This document shows, in pieces, positions 1 through 12,755 of a DNA stretch of 64,000 nucleotides; position 1 is the first letter of the stretch, and the number at the start of each line of letters is the position of its first letter. The translations under genes and the position numbers were made by a program. The notes under the pieces were generated by a model. The model searched no databases. It had not been told where the DNA came from and worked only from the letters and a program-made list of their open reading frames with translations. Source of the DNA: the human T2T-CHM13v2.0 reference genome, Homo sapiens. Location of the stretch: the NCBI RefSeq assembly GCF_009914755.1, contig NC_060930.1; one strand, written 5' to 3'.

Positions 1-589
1 CAGGCTCCAGAAATTATCGGCAAAAAGGGTCATAACTTCCTTTGTCCATAGCCAGCCACCTGCTTTCACATGTACCTTTAAACTCCCACACAACCTTCAT
101 CACTTGCTTACTAATGCCTGGAATTCCTTTATCTGCAAGTGAAGGTATTTATAAAAAGTCAGATGAAGAATCATTAAATTCAAATATGTATTGACATCAC
201 GAATGAAACTCAATCACAATAAAATGTAGGCAGCTAATCCATCATTAAACTCCTCATTCTAATGAGGCAAAGACTGAAATATGAAGATGAAGATATGCAT
301 GCACTGGTTACATTTGTATCCTCAGTACCTAGCACAGCATCGGGAATTAGCATGTACTAGATAAATATTTGTTGCATGAAGAAGTCAAGGAAGGAATGGA
401 AATGGGGCAAGATAGAGAGAGGGTTGATGGGGGGTGCTGTGAAAAAGCAGGGAAGCAAGAGAGTAAAAGTGTGTGCGTGGACACAGATGAAAGGAGAATG
501 GCTGGCCCATCGTGACATGGATTTTTCCAGGTGCTTTGTATTTTTCCATTAATTTTTACAACAGTCATGTATGTAAACTATTAAAGAAT

Positions 590-1190
590 ATGTTCAGCTT
601 CTCATAGCAGAAAATCCAACACACAGCAGCTTAAACAAATAGGGGATTATTTTCCTCTCCAACTGCCTGACTTCTGTGGATATGTGTGTCTCTCAATAGA
701 TTCTGAATTCAGGTGAGGGAAAAGCAATAGTTGGTGCTGAATCCTCTAAAATCCATGCACATAATACTAGGACTTCTACACATCCTTGTAGTCATCATAA
801 CAAATAGTCTTCTGTTATACAGATGTGTGCATCAATCACTCTTTCCTACGTGTTCAAGGTAACAAGGTCTATGTAGGCAGGTGAAGACTGGTGTTAGTTT
901 AGTGGCTCAACAAGGCTGGCAACTTTATGAGTCTGCTTTATAGCATAGCGGCTTCAGTTTCCTACCTAAGGTCCATATTCAGAGGGAAAAAAATGAAGAA
1001 AAAGAGAGAACCAATGTGTCTTTCTACCTTCTCAGGAAAGCAAGTCTTCAAGAATTCTCATCAGATTTCCACTTGGAACTCATTGGTTAGAAATGTATCA
1101 CCTTGTCTACTTTTCAGCAAAAAGATTCAGGAAAACAACTCCTTTTTCTGGTCAGCTTGGCATTCTGAATGAAATCTAGGTCTTGTTAGT
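590..1190 (-). mobile_element. Old MaLR LTR fragments (MLT1J/K-like)
   Basis: Segments gcttaaacaaataggggattatttt and cagatttccacttggaactcattggttagaa resemble old MLT1 LTRs. Confidence 0.45.
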
Positions 1191-1239
1191 AATGAAAAAA
1201 AAGGGTGAATAGATTTTTAGTGGGCAATAGTTTTCTAAT

Positions 1240-2263
1240 GCAATGATAGAAAATTACCACAAATGTAGCAACTCAAAACAACGTAATAGAAAAGAGAGCC
1301 TTCCCAAATACAACACACACTTACTATAGCCCAGTTTCTGTGAGTGTGGAGCTTGGGGATGGCTTAGCTGGGTCCTCTGCTCAGGATCTGAGAAGGCTAC
1401 AATCAAGTGTCAGATGAGCTGTGTTCCTTTCCAGAGTTGAAGTCCTCTTCCAAGCTCAGGTGGTCATTGACAGAATTCATTTCCATGCTGCTGTATCACC
1501 AATGTCCTCAGGTCCTTTGAGCTGCCCACAGTATCCTGCCATGTTGCCCTCTCTCTTCACACCATTCACTTCACAGCAGCTTGCTTTAAGCTCAGCAGCA
1601 GAGCCTCTCTCTCTTTCCATCTGTCTATCTCTCTCCTCTCTTTCTCACTGTCTCTCTCACTCTCATCTGCTGATATGGTTTGGCTGTGTCTCTACCCAAA
1701 TCTCATCTTGAACTGTGGCTCCCATAATTCCCACATGTTGTGAGAGGGAGTCAGTGGGAGATAATTGAATCATAGGGGGAGTTTCCCCCATACTGTTCTC
1801 ATAGTAGTGAGTAAATCTCACGAGATCTGATGCTTTTATATAAAGAGTTTTCCCTTTTGCTTGGCTCTCATTTTCTCTGTTTGCCTGCCACCATGTAACA
1901 TGTCGCTTTGTTCCTCCTTGCCTTCCACCATCATTGTGGGCCTCCTCAGCCATGTGGAACTGTGAGTCAATTAAACCTCTTTTCTTTAAAAATTACCCAG
2001 TCTCTGCTATGTCTTTATCAGCAGTGTGGAAATGAACTAATACATAGGCTAAGATGAAGTCTCATATAACGAAACATAATCATGGTAGTGACAACCCATC
2101 ACCTTTACAGCATAACATCATCTAATCAAAGGGGTGACATCTCACAGCCTTTGCCATATTCCTTTGTTTAGAAACACGTTGACATGTTAGGAGAGGGGAT
2201 CATACAAGGGCGTGGATCACTAACTAGTATTCCAAGGGGGTCATCCTAAGGTGTGTCTGCCAC
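1240..2263 (-). mobile_element. MLT1F/G-like MaLR LTR interrupted by a THE1 LTR
   Basis: aattaccacaaa...ggcttagctgggtcctctgctcagg...; ends gtctgccaca. Confidence 0.6.
1671..2044 (+). mobile_element. THE1 (ERVL-MaLR) solo LTR
   Basis: tgatatggtttggctgtgtc...attaaacctctttt...aactaataca; TG...CA ends, about 370 bp. Confidence 0.9.
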
Positions 2264-3176
2264 AGCAATAACAATGTAATAGAGAAACCAAAAGGGGATT
2301 CATTGAAGCTTGGAAGCCCACTTACGTCACACAACAAGTAAAGAGACAATACCAGGCAATACTGTCTGGAAACTCCAGATGTCCGACTAGGTGAGCATTT
2401 TCTAAAATACTTTTACAGACCTCACTTTTACAAGATAATATCTGGTGAGTTTTGAAATAAACAGTTTTGGAATGCTAGAATAACTAAAGTTAAACAGATT
2501 TCTCTAATTAAAAACTTTTTATCACTTTTATTGTAAATCTCATAGGAATGAAAGCCTTACCAAATTAATCTGATGCTGGAACACTTTTGTTCATAAAACA
2601 ATAATAAGAATAGCTAAAAACCATAAAGAACATTCTATGCCACAGGCATTATTCTAAACACAGTCATAAGTCAATAATACTGAAGGGGCTGCCAGAGGCT
2701 GTGCTTGTGTGTGCTTGTGTGCATCTGCACGTGTGCTGATACGTGTGGCTCCAGGACAATATATGGCAATACATGGATGGTGCAGCTTCTCTTTCTCCTC
2801 CCTCCAACTCCCACACTTCCAATCTCACACCAATACCTGCAGCAAAGGGGCCTAGAAGAGATAGTGGTAAAAGGATGAGAAGGATGAACTTGAAAACGAG
2901 AAAAAAGACACAATTCCTCACATCTTCAGACACATGAAACATCATTTCAACAACCACTAAATGGCTCAGATCCAGATCTCCAATTCCAGGTCTAGTGCTT
3001 TGCCAGTTCTGTTGTGGCAATGTGTATTAAAGAAAAAGAATGGCTAATTTGCTAATCACACATTCTGTAACAAGATCCATTCATATCTAAAACTTTTATC
3101 TGGTAGGAAAGGGATAGACCAGAAGCTGCATCTTTTATAGTCTTCTCCCTGAAGTTACCAAGGTTGATTTATGTTT

Positions 3177-3478
3177 TTATTTTGTTACAATCTTCTGCTT
3201 TCTTCCTGACTTCCTTTGGTTGGTTATCCATTCCCTGAGATTTGTTTTCTTAAAAGAAGGATGGAGGATGATGTTAGCTGGCAGCCAGGAAGTGGGTGTC
3301 ACCGCCACAAAAGGTCAGTGGAGGGCTACAACCAGCATCATGGAAAGGGGCCTCTTAGTAAGGAAACATGGCCGTGCATTTCTCCAAGACCACGTGACAA
3401 CCAAGAATCCTCTAGAGCTGGACAAGAGGAAATATTCCGGGAATGGCTTTGTGGTTGGCTCGACATTTGCACAAAGTC
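3177..3478 (-). pseudogene. Candidate downstream exon of the same decayed gene (3' boundary uncertain)
   Basis: Acceptor aaattctcttag| at 3479. The phase-1 frame reads GLCANVEPTTKPFPEYFLLSSSRGFLVVTWSWRNARPCFLTKRPLSMMLVVALH*PFVAVTPTSWLPANIILHPSFKK... with one internal TGA in about 100 codons. Confidence 0.4.
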
Positions 3479-3851
3479 CTAAGAGAATTTTTAAGGGACC
3501 TGCCCAAACTCTGCCTGTCTATGTAAAAACTTTACTTGCATTCTTTGTTTCTTCATTTTCTACATTAAGACTGATGTCAAAATGAAACATAATTGGGCAG
3601 TTAGCAGCATTGCAAAAGCAATGAACTGAGATGTAACCCATTCATAAATAAAACCTATTACTTAATCGTTTACATTCATACAAGTATTTTTAGTTTTTGA
3701 AAATAACCAAGGAAATTCTCAGAAAATGTCAAGAGAAAAACTCAAAAGAAAGCCTCTCACAGACATGCAGGAGTCTGATAACAGTTTAAAATATTAATCT
3801 GACCTATTTTTTTTTTTACTTGTTACAACTTGGGCTTGCTCTAGATCATAC

Positions 3852-4009
3852 CGTCTTTAATTGGTGCGTTTGCTTTGCACTAGACTGTTTGCCTTTCTTC
3901 AGTTAACGAAGGAATTTTCCTGCATGAAATGATACAAACAAAGGTCAGATATCTGGGGCCAGAGTGTCAGCAGGAGCCCATGTTCTGGACTGTAAGGGGT
4001 ACATTACCA
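3852..4009 (-). pseudogene. Candidate exon of the same decayed gene
   Basis: Acceptor ctctctctctctttttctttgtgaccag| and donor acg|gtatga; 158 nt. The phase-compatible frame reads GNVPLTVQNMGSC*HSGPRY...; an alternative frame reads CTPYSPEHGLLLTLWPQISDLCLYHF, which is more WD40-like, so the frame is uncertain. Confidence 0.45.
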
Positions 4010-4687
4010 CTGGTCACAAAGAAAAAGAGAGAGAGAGAGTAATTGGGTCTTGGTTTTCTGTTTTCCTGCAGGAAGATAATTGTGTTATTCACATGTCCAT
4101 TTCCACTTAAGGAAAAAATAAACACATAGCAGATTACAGTATTCCAACACTCTGAATTACCCTTCTTTATCTCCATTTTAAAAGCGAAAGTCTTTTTCTA
4201 TAACCGGTTAATTCCTGAGCTTCTGTCTTATCTTCTTCCTCACTATGGAAGGATTTCTTCCCAGCACATGTTTATGTATTTTGAGGACTAACTAGTATTT
4301 CAAACTTCAGTATTCTTGCTTTTCTTTACCACACACTAATGAGAATTATTCTTGAATAACATTGTGCATTAATTATGGCTCCAGAGAGCAAGATTCCATT
4401 CAAGTTCAAGATAGGTTAATTCTAATTAGCATAAAGGTTAGAGATTGAATTTGAAAAGCTACTGTAATAAGCCATGAAACAACCAGGAAAACCACAGATT
4501 TTCTCTATGGGTAGTGATATATTGTGTTTGTTTATTTGTTAACACAAGCCGTAGTTCAGGAAGGGGCTGGATCATCAGACAGCAATGAGACCTGGAAAGG
4601 ATGTGGATAGTTGGACAGGGGCAGGGAGAAGAGAGTGCATTAAGAGGAATTAACAGAAAATATAATATGTAATCAATCCCTCAGCTC

Positions 4688-4895
4688 AGGAGGCAGCAAT
4701 CTTTTCCTGTCAAAAGCCAGAGAGCAAATATTTTAGGCTGTGTGGACTACATACAATCTCTGTAGCCAATTGTTCTTTGTTTGCTTGTTTTTCTTAGAAT
4801 GCTTTAAAAGATAAAAGCTATTTTTAATTTTTAGACCAAACACAAACAAGACACATGCCAGACTGGGCCAATGAACTGTAGTTTGTGAACCCTGC
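4688..4895 (+). mobile_element. MER58-like hAT MITE
   Basis: ...aaatattttaggct...gtagtttgtgaaccctg. Confidence 0.65.
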
Positions 4896-5055
4896 TTTAG
4901 TCCATTTACACACAGCCATTAAAATTGACCTTTTTTAAAAAAAAAAAAAAAAAAAGATTCAGAAATAAAGATGTCTAGTTGTTTAAAAATAGCTCAATCA
5001 GGTCATGGGTCAAATATGAGAAAACTTTTGGATTGTTAAAATATAATCCAGGGTG

Positions 5056-5394
<339 letters not shown>

Positions 5395-5507
5395 TTATTT
5401 GTGAGTTTTTGTTTTTTTCCCCCAACCCCCCCCCAAAAAAAATTAAACTTAAAAAGGTGATTGTAGCGTCTAATTAAAGTTTTGGACTTCAAAAATAGAA
5501 AATTTAC

Positions 5508-5635
5508 TCTTCTTTATCTATTTGTCTAAAATCCATGAAATATGTCGTAAGAGACCATAGCTGCCTAATATAGTCTGAGGACTGCCAGTTATATATTTCT
5601 CATAAATGCCAGGATAATGTTAATTCTTGGTTTGG
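5508..5635 (-). pseudogene. Candidate next exon of the same decayed gene
   Basis: Strong acceptor tttttctcatcctcttcctcctttcttatag| and donor aga|gtaaat. The phase-0 start matches the preceding exon. Reads PNQELTLSWHL*EIYNWQSSDYIRQLWSLTTYFMDFRQIDKE with a single TGA. Confidence 0.5.
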
Positions 5636-6530
5636 CTATAAGAAAGGAGGAAGAGGATGAGAAAAACTAAGACAATATAATAACCACCAATAACCGATAT
5701 AATTAACAAGCGTAAAGACTAATAATTAATAACCATTTAGCTGAACAGATGAGCTTTTAAAAGGCACAATCAAAGGTAAAAACTTTCTTTCTCATCACAA
5801 AAATGTAATCAAACAAAGACTACTTAATTATTTAAGATGAGTCTTACAAAAGCTAAGAGTCCTCCTCCATGGTAGGAGATTAGGTCACTGACCCAGGGAT
5901 TGTAGAATGAATGTTTTCTGAAATTCCCTTGCATTGCTTTAATGTTAGGGGGAAATACTTTTATCCTATCCCCATCTTAAACACCAAATTCCTTTAAAGT
6001 CTTTATGTGAATCTTGAATTCTCCCCTGCAATAGATTCTCACCATTTTCTTATCAAAGAATGGCCGATTCATTAAATTTCAATGAATGCTATTAAAATTT
6101 CAGTGGGATGGCCCATGCCTACCTTACAGTTTCATCAACTCCTAATGCCACACACCCTTGAGGTCACACCTTTTCCACATTGACTTGCAGGGAGCCAGCT
6201 GCAAGGGGCTGAAGAATTTCCACTGCCAAAATATACCCCTCTGCCCCAGTGACTGAGTGTTCACCTTTACAAACTCCCAGCTATTAGCTAAGGCTTCTGG
6301 TTAGGACAAAATGGAGGACAAAATCCAGACCTAGGGACCAGGAAAAATTCTTTACATGACTATGTGTAGTTTTCCAAAACATACCTATGTCACAATTTGC
6401 ATCAATTAGAGAATATTTTATATGTACCAGAAAACTGCTACTGAAAAGGCAGAAACTAGAAATCCTTGGGCAACATTATCATTTTAACACCGATTTTAAT
6501 CTATCTGCTTTGCTTACAACACTAAATTAC

Positions 6531-6907
6531 TATTAAATCAAGTTTAGCCGAAAGCTCCTTACATATTTTAACTTCAGCCTAAAAATTTCTCTGTACATAG
6601 TGAACTGCAACCTAACTGGACATGTTAACAAACTGTAACCTGTTCTTGTACCCATCACAGAGTTTTGGCCAATCACAGGCAGCCGACTGATTAAATCATG
6701 TGCCAATAAGGGAAAACCCAAGCTGTAGCCAATCCAGCAGTTTCTGTACCTCATTTCCATTTATTGTCCATAAATACAACTTGACCATGTGGCAGCTCCA
6801 GAGCCCTCTTAGCCCATTCTGGTTCAGGGGACTGCCCAATACGTGAATTGTTCTTTGGTCTATTACACTCTGTTAAGTTTAATTTGTTTAAGGTTTTTCT
6901 TTTAACA
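6531..6907 (+). mobile_element. MER57-type ERV1 solo LTR
   Basis: ttaaatcaagtttagcc...repeated CCAATC boxes...ttttcttttaaca. Confidence 0.8.
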
Positions 6908-6924
6908 TAACATCATACTACAAC

Positions 6925-7080
6925 AATGAGAGGAATGCTACATTACTCCCACTTTACAGCTGAGAGAACTGAGTCTCAGAAAGGGTAAGTAACTTGCCCA
7001 CAATACCAGGGCTGGTAAGTAGAGAACAGTGTGAACCCAGGTTGTTTGACTCCACAGCCTGTGTTCTTTAACCCTCTGCT
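6925..7080 (-). mobile_element. MIR SINE
   Basis: MIR core: actttacagctgagagaactgagtctcagaaagggtaagtaacttgccca. Confidence 0.75.
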
Positions 7081-7379
7081 CTTGACAATATTATTCAGAC
7101 ACAAAACTACGTTAAAATCAAAATATTTATGAGTAATTTAGCAACTTCTTACAGTTATATTGCTTTATGCTGAAATTAACAATACCTCTCTTTAATAACC
7201 CCATCACTGATTACCATTATAATGTAAGCTGGCATATTATAAAGAGGAAAGAAAAAGAGTACTTCTCGCTCTTAGCTTCCTATGGATCACTGATGTCTGG
7301 TAGAATCTAATGCACCACTTCATTAGCTTGTACTTAATAGTAAATTGTTTGGGCCCTGCAGAGCCCCTAGTGGTCTCAC

Positions 7380-8106
7380 CAGCCACCTTTCATGCTTCCA
7401 TTTGTTAATGTTCAGCTGCTTCTTCTCATTAATATGGAAACATGAAGTGATTTCAGCTTATTTCCAAATTTTGTCTTGATACCAAGTGGTCTTTTCTCTG
7501 GGTATGGGTCTTTGGGTAGCCACTGGAAGGTTTTTGTCTGAAGTCTGAAATGTCTTATAGTAACACAGACATTCCTTAGAAACTGAACTATCTCATAACC
7601 CTGATAACAAGCAAAAGTAAAAATTGTCAGGCAATTTGACAATGCAACTATGAATCACCATGACCTGCTCTTCATTCCCCATGAAGACTTGCTCTGACAT
7701 AGTTCTTCGCTTCTTCCAATACAAAAAGCATGTGACTCTCTTGGACTCCGGCTATGGAAAAAATATTTGGCTAATATGTTTCATGCTATCCTAGGTTTTT
7801 TTCCCTATAATTAACTCTCAGATGGACTTTGTCAGAGTTGTCCTCATCTCGTTCAGCAGTCATTTTTTCTTGCTGTATGAGTGTGATGAAGTTAACATGT
7901 TGCCCCACTGTGATCATCTCAGCTTTCCAAACAAAAAAATTCACTCCGCAACTATCAAGATGGGCAGAAAGGCAATTTGAGCTTCCTGCTTCTGCATGCT
8001 TTGTATCTGTGAACTTTTCCATCCAAAGTTCAGGGGGTTCAGGGGTAAAGGTATAGCTCCAGTATGCATCATTTCTGGTGTGCAGATACCAGACATGTAA
8101 GCAGCC
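7380..8106 (-). pseudogene. Large decayed coding exon of a putative WD40-repeat-like gene
   Basis: Acceptor ccttttgttttaag| at 8107 and donor ctg|gtgaga at 7379. Length 727 = 242 codons + 1. The frame is open for about 100 codons (GCLHVWYLHTRNDAYWSYTFTPEPPELWMEKF...VNYREK), then slips +1 at the A7 run (7796-7802), then reads T*DSMKHISQIFFP*PESKRVTCFLYWKKRRTMSEQVFMGNEEQVMVIHSCIVKLPDNFYFCLLSGL*DSSVSKECLCYYKTF...WYQDKIWK*AEITSCFHINEKKQLNINKWKHERWL. The stops are TAG, TAG, TGA and TAA, each one C>T away from CAG/CGA/CAA. Confidence 0.6.
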
Positions 8107-8638
8107 CTTAAAACAAAAGGATGTGTGTTTTTGATAAAAATATTTTTATTTTTTAGGAGTGTGAGAAACTGTCTGGGCTTACAGAAACTCCGTCAATCTT
8201 GGATTGAGCGCCTATTCTCCTTCATATAGTTATAAGAAATAATATTACAGTGTTCAATTCTTTCAGTTTCAAATCATAGTACACAAAAGCATATAATACA
8301 ACTTGCCATTTAACCACTTATTTATTACTGAAAAGTGATAGTGTACAGTTAATTGTCCACACAAATGAAGCAGAATACTCTTATAATTATTTATATTTAT
8401 CAAAAGATCGTGCTGTAGTATTGCCCTGGTTTTATGAGTGAGTTGCCTCTATTTCTACATTTCATTTTATATTAGACCAAGGGAAAATTCTAGCCCAACT
8501 CTTTAACCACCATCCTAACCCCACCCCTTTAACACCATCCCTGTGCCATTCCTTTACTCCCATTTTACAGCTTATGTCCTTTCCTTTAGTTCTTATAAAG
8601 TGTTCACATGCAGTTTTACTTTTGAATGTCATACTGAA

Positions 8639-9335
8639 TGGTATGGATTGAATTGTGTCCCCCCAAAAATTCATATGTGAAAGCCCTAACCCCCAGTGCC
8701 TCAGAGTCTGATTGTATTTGGTATTTGGAGATGGAGTCTTGAAAGAAGTAACTAAATTAAAATGAGGTCATTAGGGTGGGTCATAATGCCGTATGACAGA
8801 ACATTGTAATAAGAGGTTAGGACACAGACCACACTTGAGAGGGATGACCATGTGAGGACACAGTTAGAAGGTGGCTATCTTCAAGCCAAGGAGAGAGGCC
8901 TCGGGAAAAAAACAAACTGCTAGCAGGGCATGGTGGCTCACGACTGTAGTCCCAGCACTTTGGGAAGCCGAGGCAGGAAGATCATGAGGTCAGGAGTTCA
9001 AGACCAGCCTGGCCAACAGGGAGAAACCCTGTCTCTACTAAAAAAAAAAAAAAAAAAATTAGCCGGGCATGGTGACACGCTCCTGTAATCCTAGCTACTC
9101 ACGAGTCTGTGGCAGGAAAATTGCTTGAACCTGGGAGGGAGAGGTTGCGGTGAGCCGAGATCGTGCCACTGGACTCCAGCCTGGGTGACAGAGTGAGACT
9201 CTGAAAAAAAAAACAAACCTGCCAATGCGTTGATCTTGAACTTCTAGCCTCCAGAATTGTGAGAATATAAATTTCTGTTGTTCAAATCAGCCAATGTGTG
9301 GTATTTTGTTATGACAGCCCTAGGAAACTAATACA
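8639..9335 (+). mobile_element. MLT1A/B MaLR LTR with an AluS inserted at about 8922-9212
   Basis: tggtatggattgaattgtgtcccc...ggaaactaataca. The Alu is flanked by an aaaaaaacaaac duplication. Confidence 0.85.
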
Positions 9336-10330
9336 CTAGATAAATTACAAAGATTTCAATATGGAGAGGCAGACCAGACATGTGCATAACAGTCAGAGCT
9401 TCCAAAAAAGAAGAGTTTCTAAAATCAAGATTCTAGTCAAGTTATTTACTTCCTACTGGTAAATTGCAACAATTACAAAATAGAGACATCGAGACTGTGT
9501 TGTGAGGATTAATGAGATCACATTGGCTAAGTGCTCCTTTAGAGATAACTACATAATTTACCACCTGGGTACATGATTTTTAAAAACCCAGTTTTCTTTC
9601 ATGTGCAATGTATAGTGAGTAACGCCAGCAGCCTTCATTAATCTTCTTTCTTTTTTTTTTTTTTTATTAACTAATGCTGTTATAGGAGGGGTTTTGAACC
9701 AAGGCTAAAACCAAGAAATCTTAAAAAAAAAAAGGAAGAAAAGGCAGATAACTAAGAAGGCAGAAAAGAAATTGATTTCTATCATTTTTACTGAATACAT
9801 TAACCTTATAGCCAAATTCCACCAAATTCATTTGTCAGTCTATGTAACAAAACAGAATGAGAAAAAAATTCCAAAGTAGATCAAATTGGAATAAGATCTA
9901 CTGGATGGACATCTCTTTGAACTTCAATTTCTTTATCTGCAGAAGTGATGACCAAATGCTCCATCTTTATCTGCAAAATGCAATGACAAGCTTCCTTCTT
10001 ATAATTACAGTCTAAGTAATTCAGACCTACACTCCTATTGAGAACAAGCAGTCAGACAAAATATTTAAAATGATAATAATATTTTTATCTTAAAAGCATC
10101 TAAGAGATAATGAGATACTGAGGAATTATTGGGTGAAAATCTGGAAGATGAGATCCTAGAGAGTAAGGCCAGGACTCAAAGCTACTTTTGCTCTGAAGTC
10201 ATCTTCTGATTTATTAAAAATAAAACTGTGACAAAACTGAGTTGAGTTTTTGGCAGATTTAGAGGCTAGAAAGTGAAAACTTTAATCCCAAGGTGTATCA
10301 AAGGTGGGGACTCTGATAAACCATCCTCAG

Positions 10331-10697
10331 TGTATTAGTCAGCTCAGACTGCCATAACCAAGTATCACAGACTGGGAGGCTTAAATAACAGAAATTGATT
10401 TCTTACAGTTCTAGGGGGCTGGAAGTCCAAGATCAAGGTCCTGATAGGATTTAGTTTCTGTTGAGGGCCCTCTTTCTTGCTTGTATGTGGTTGCCTTCTT
10501 GCTGTGTTTTCACATGGCAGAGAGAGAGAGAGAGAGCTCTTTATGATAGGATTAGGGGCAGTAATCCTATCAGATTGGTGTCCCACCCTTATGATCTTAA
10601 TTACATCCTTACACCAAATACAGTCACAGTGAAGGTTAGGGGTTCAACTTATGAATTGATGGGGAAGGAGAGGGGAGATATAATTCAGTCCATAGCA
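10331..10697 (-). mobile_element. MLT1A/MST-type MaLR LTR
   Basis: tgtattagtc...attcagtccatagca; 5-bp TSD c(t/c)cag. Confidence 0.85.
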
Positions 10698-12683
10698 CCC
10701 AGTTAACCTGAAACCTCATAGCCTCTGGGCAAGAAAGCTTGGAAGTTACCCAGCTCTCCCACAGATCTGCAGTGTTCCGGGTGGTCCAGAGAACATCAGG
10801 CCTTGAACTAGAATCAAGAGATTCTCGGAGGCTCCTGGGAGCACTGCATGTCTGGATCAACAGTGGCTCAACAAGTGTTCCTTCACAATACAGACTTTAT
10901 ATTTAATACACACTTTCATATGTGTGTTATATTTCACTTATTGAAGGCTTCTTGATATAGTGATAATGCCTGCCTCTCAGGCTTATTATTGGAATTTAAT
11001 GACGATATCAAGGATTCAGTGTAGTGTCTGATGTTTGCTCAATAAGTCTTCGTATCCTTTTCCTTATCTCCATTTTCTCTCTCAATTTTGCTTCATTTCT
11101 TCTCCCCACTGACCTCTTCTCCCTGTAGTACTCAAGCTCCTCTCTTAGCTTAGCTGTTTCACCATCACGTGATGAATCACTCTTGAGTCATGTCACACAG
11201 GAAATATTGTAAGGAAGGGGCAAAGAGAGGTCATAACAATATCACAGCCACCTGAGGGCATGAGTTCCAAAATTTTTCTTAAAATAGTAAATTTGAAAAG
11301 TTTGTTATAATGTTTGCAAAGCCATCTATTTTAAATACTTCCATTAATAGATGTTGAGCAGATTATATGTGACCAAAACTTGCCAGGTGCTGGAGAGAAT
11401 GGAGAAGAATCATAAGAATGATTTCTGCCCCCTTGTAGCTAGAGAAAATAAATGAAAACATATTCAACCTTAGAGAAATGAGGGGACTCCGAGAAGACTA
11501 TGTGAGGGAAGTAGGACCTTAAATGGGAATTAAGAATGGAAGCCACTACAAGTGCCAAGTAAAGAAAAGGGAGGATGCTGTCCATGAGAACAAGAGATGT
11601 AAGGCAGAGGATGGGAGCAGAGGAAATGCTGGCTGGAAGATAACAGTAAGCACATGAATTGAGTGCCTACTGTGTGCTGTGTACTTTTCTACATGTTACA
11701 GATGGCCTCCTGCTTTGTATGCCTCGAAAAGCCTTATCAAGGAAGCATTAGCATCATTTCACAGATAATATATTGAGACTTAAAATGGCCATACAAGAGC
11801 CTGTAGTAGTAAAGCTAGAATTTAATGCCAAGCCTGTATGACATTAAAGCTTCTGTTCTTAACCACTACCCTAGACCACATTTCATTAGGATCTTATCAT
11901 GGAAAGTCTGTCAAGGAAGGCAAATATGGGCTATAGGCAACAGCCAAATGGGAGCCACACATTATGTATTCTTGAGGAAGCAAATGAAATGCTAACAGCA
12001 TTTCTCTGATCTTGACAGTGGGGGGAAATAGAATTTGTTTGTGACCACGTTTGTTGGACCAAATAGAAGATTGTGAGCTCTGTCCAGGATTGGATATGCT
12101 TTGGTTTTCAACCAAGGGGTTGGCCATGAAAACAAAGAGCAATTATTGAATCTAAAAATGAGTTTAAAGGAAGAAAATAAGGAAATGTTGACATTGGCTA
12201 GACAGATGAAGGAGAAAAAAAAAGTCAAAGGGAATCTCAGAGGCAGACCAAAATAATGTAATTGATAAGCAGACAATAGACAGGGCAAGCAACCTCTATG
12301 AGGAGAACGAGAGCTTGGGTTTTAATGTGTTCAGTTTGAGATGATTATAGGATATCTGAGGATAGGTTTACCATAAGCATTGAGAAAACCTTGGATAAGA
12401 GATCATAGGTAGATGCTGGGGAAGCAGTTAAGCATGAGAAGCCTCCAGTGTAGGTAGGATAACTGTTGGTTCTTTGTAAAGCCTCAGAAGTTGCTTATAG
12501 GAAAGAGACAGCAAAAGTACAAAATGGTAAATGATGAGAAAATTCTGCCTAGCTGCTTCTTTACTGAAATGGCTCTTCTTTTCATGCTTTCCCCTGTAAG
12601 GCACTAACTACTAGGCATGGATGTCATAATACTACCTCCACTTCCTAATTTCTGCCCATTTGTTTGTATAGCTACGTTTATAC

Positions 12684-12755
12684 CTTTAATCCTGCTCTAC
12701 TTCGTGCCATCTCAAATAATAAGGACAATAAAGATTGGAATCTGTCCACTTTAGC
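12684..12755 (-). pseudogene. Candidate upstream exon of the same decayed gene
   Basis: tag|...aag|gtataa, 72 nt, phase 0-0, reading AKVDRFQSLLSLLFEMARSRAGLK. Joined to the 8106 exon it gives AGLK-GCLHVWYL. The acceptor pyrimidine tract is weak. Confidence 0.3.

Noticed and set aside
3220-3585. 121-aa plus-strand ORF
   Set aside because: Non-ATG start and no recognisable homology; most likely an antisense shadow of the minus-strand relic.
7412-7642. ORF FACYQGYEI...C...W.P looks like a sushi/CCP domain
   Set aside because: It lacks the full four-Cys pattern and is out of frame with the donor at 7379 and the next exon.
7660-7960. RGS-domain-like spacing and an HAE deaminase-like motif in the fossil exon (HAE also at about 24700)
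   Set aside because: No FW motif for RGS and no PCxxC for a deaminase. Repeated WD40-like motifs explain more of the sequence.
7880-8130. Alternative minus frame FVLRAAYMSG...PLPLNPLNFGWK resembling the RAxYQ...PxxxGW motif of Academ-type transposon proteins
   Set aside because: It lacks the conserved Trp and a correctly spaced LPPT. The VLR part comes from the splice-acceptor tract, and the other frame is open much longer and bounded by splice sites. Worth one BLASTX but less parsimonious.
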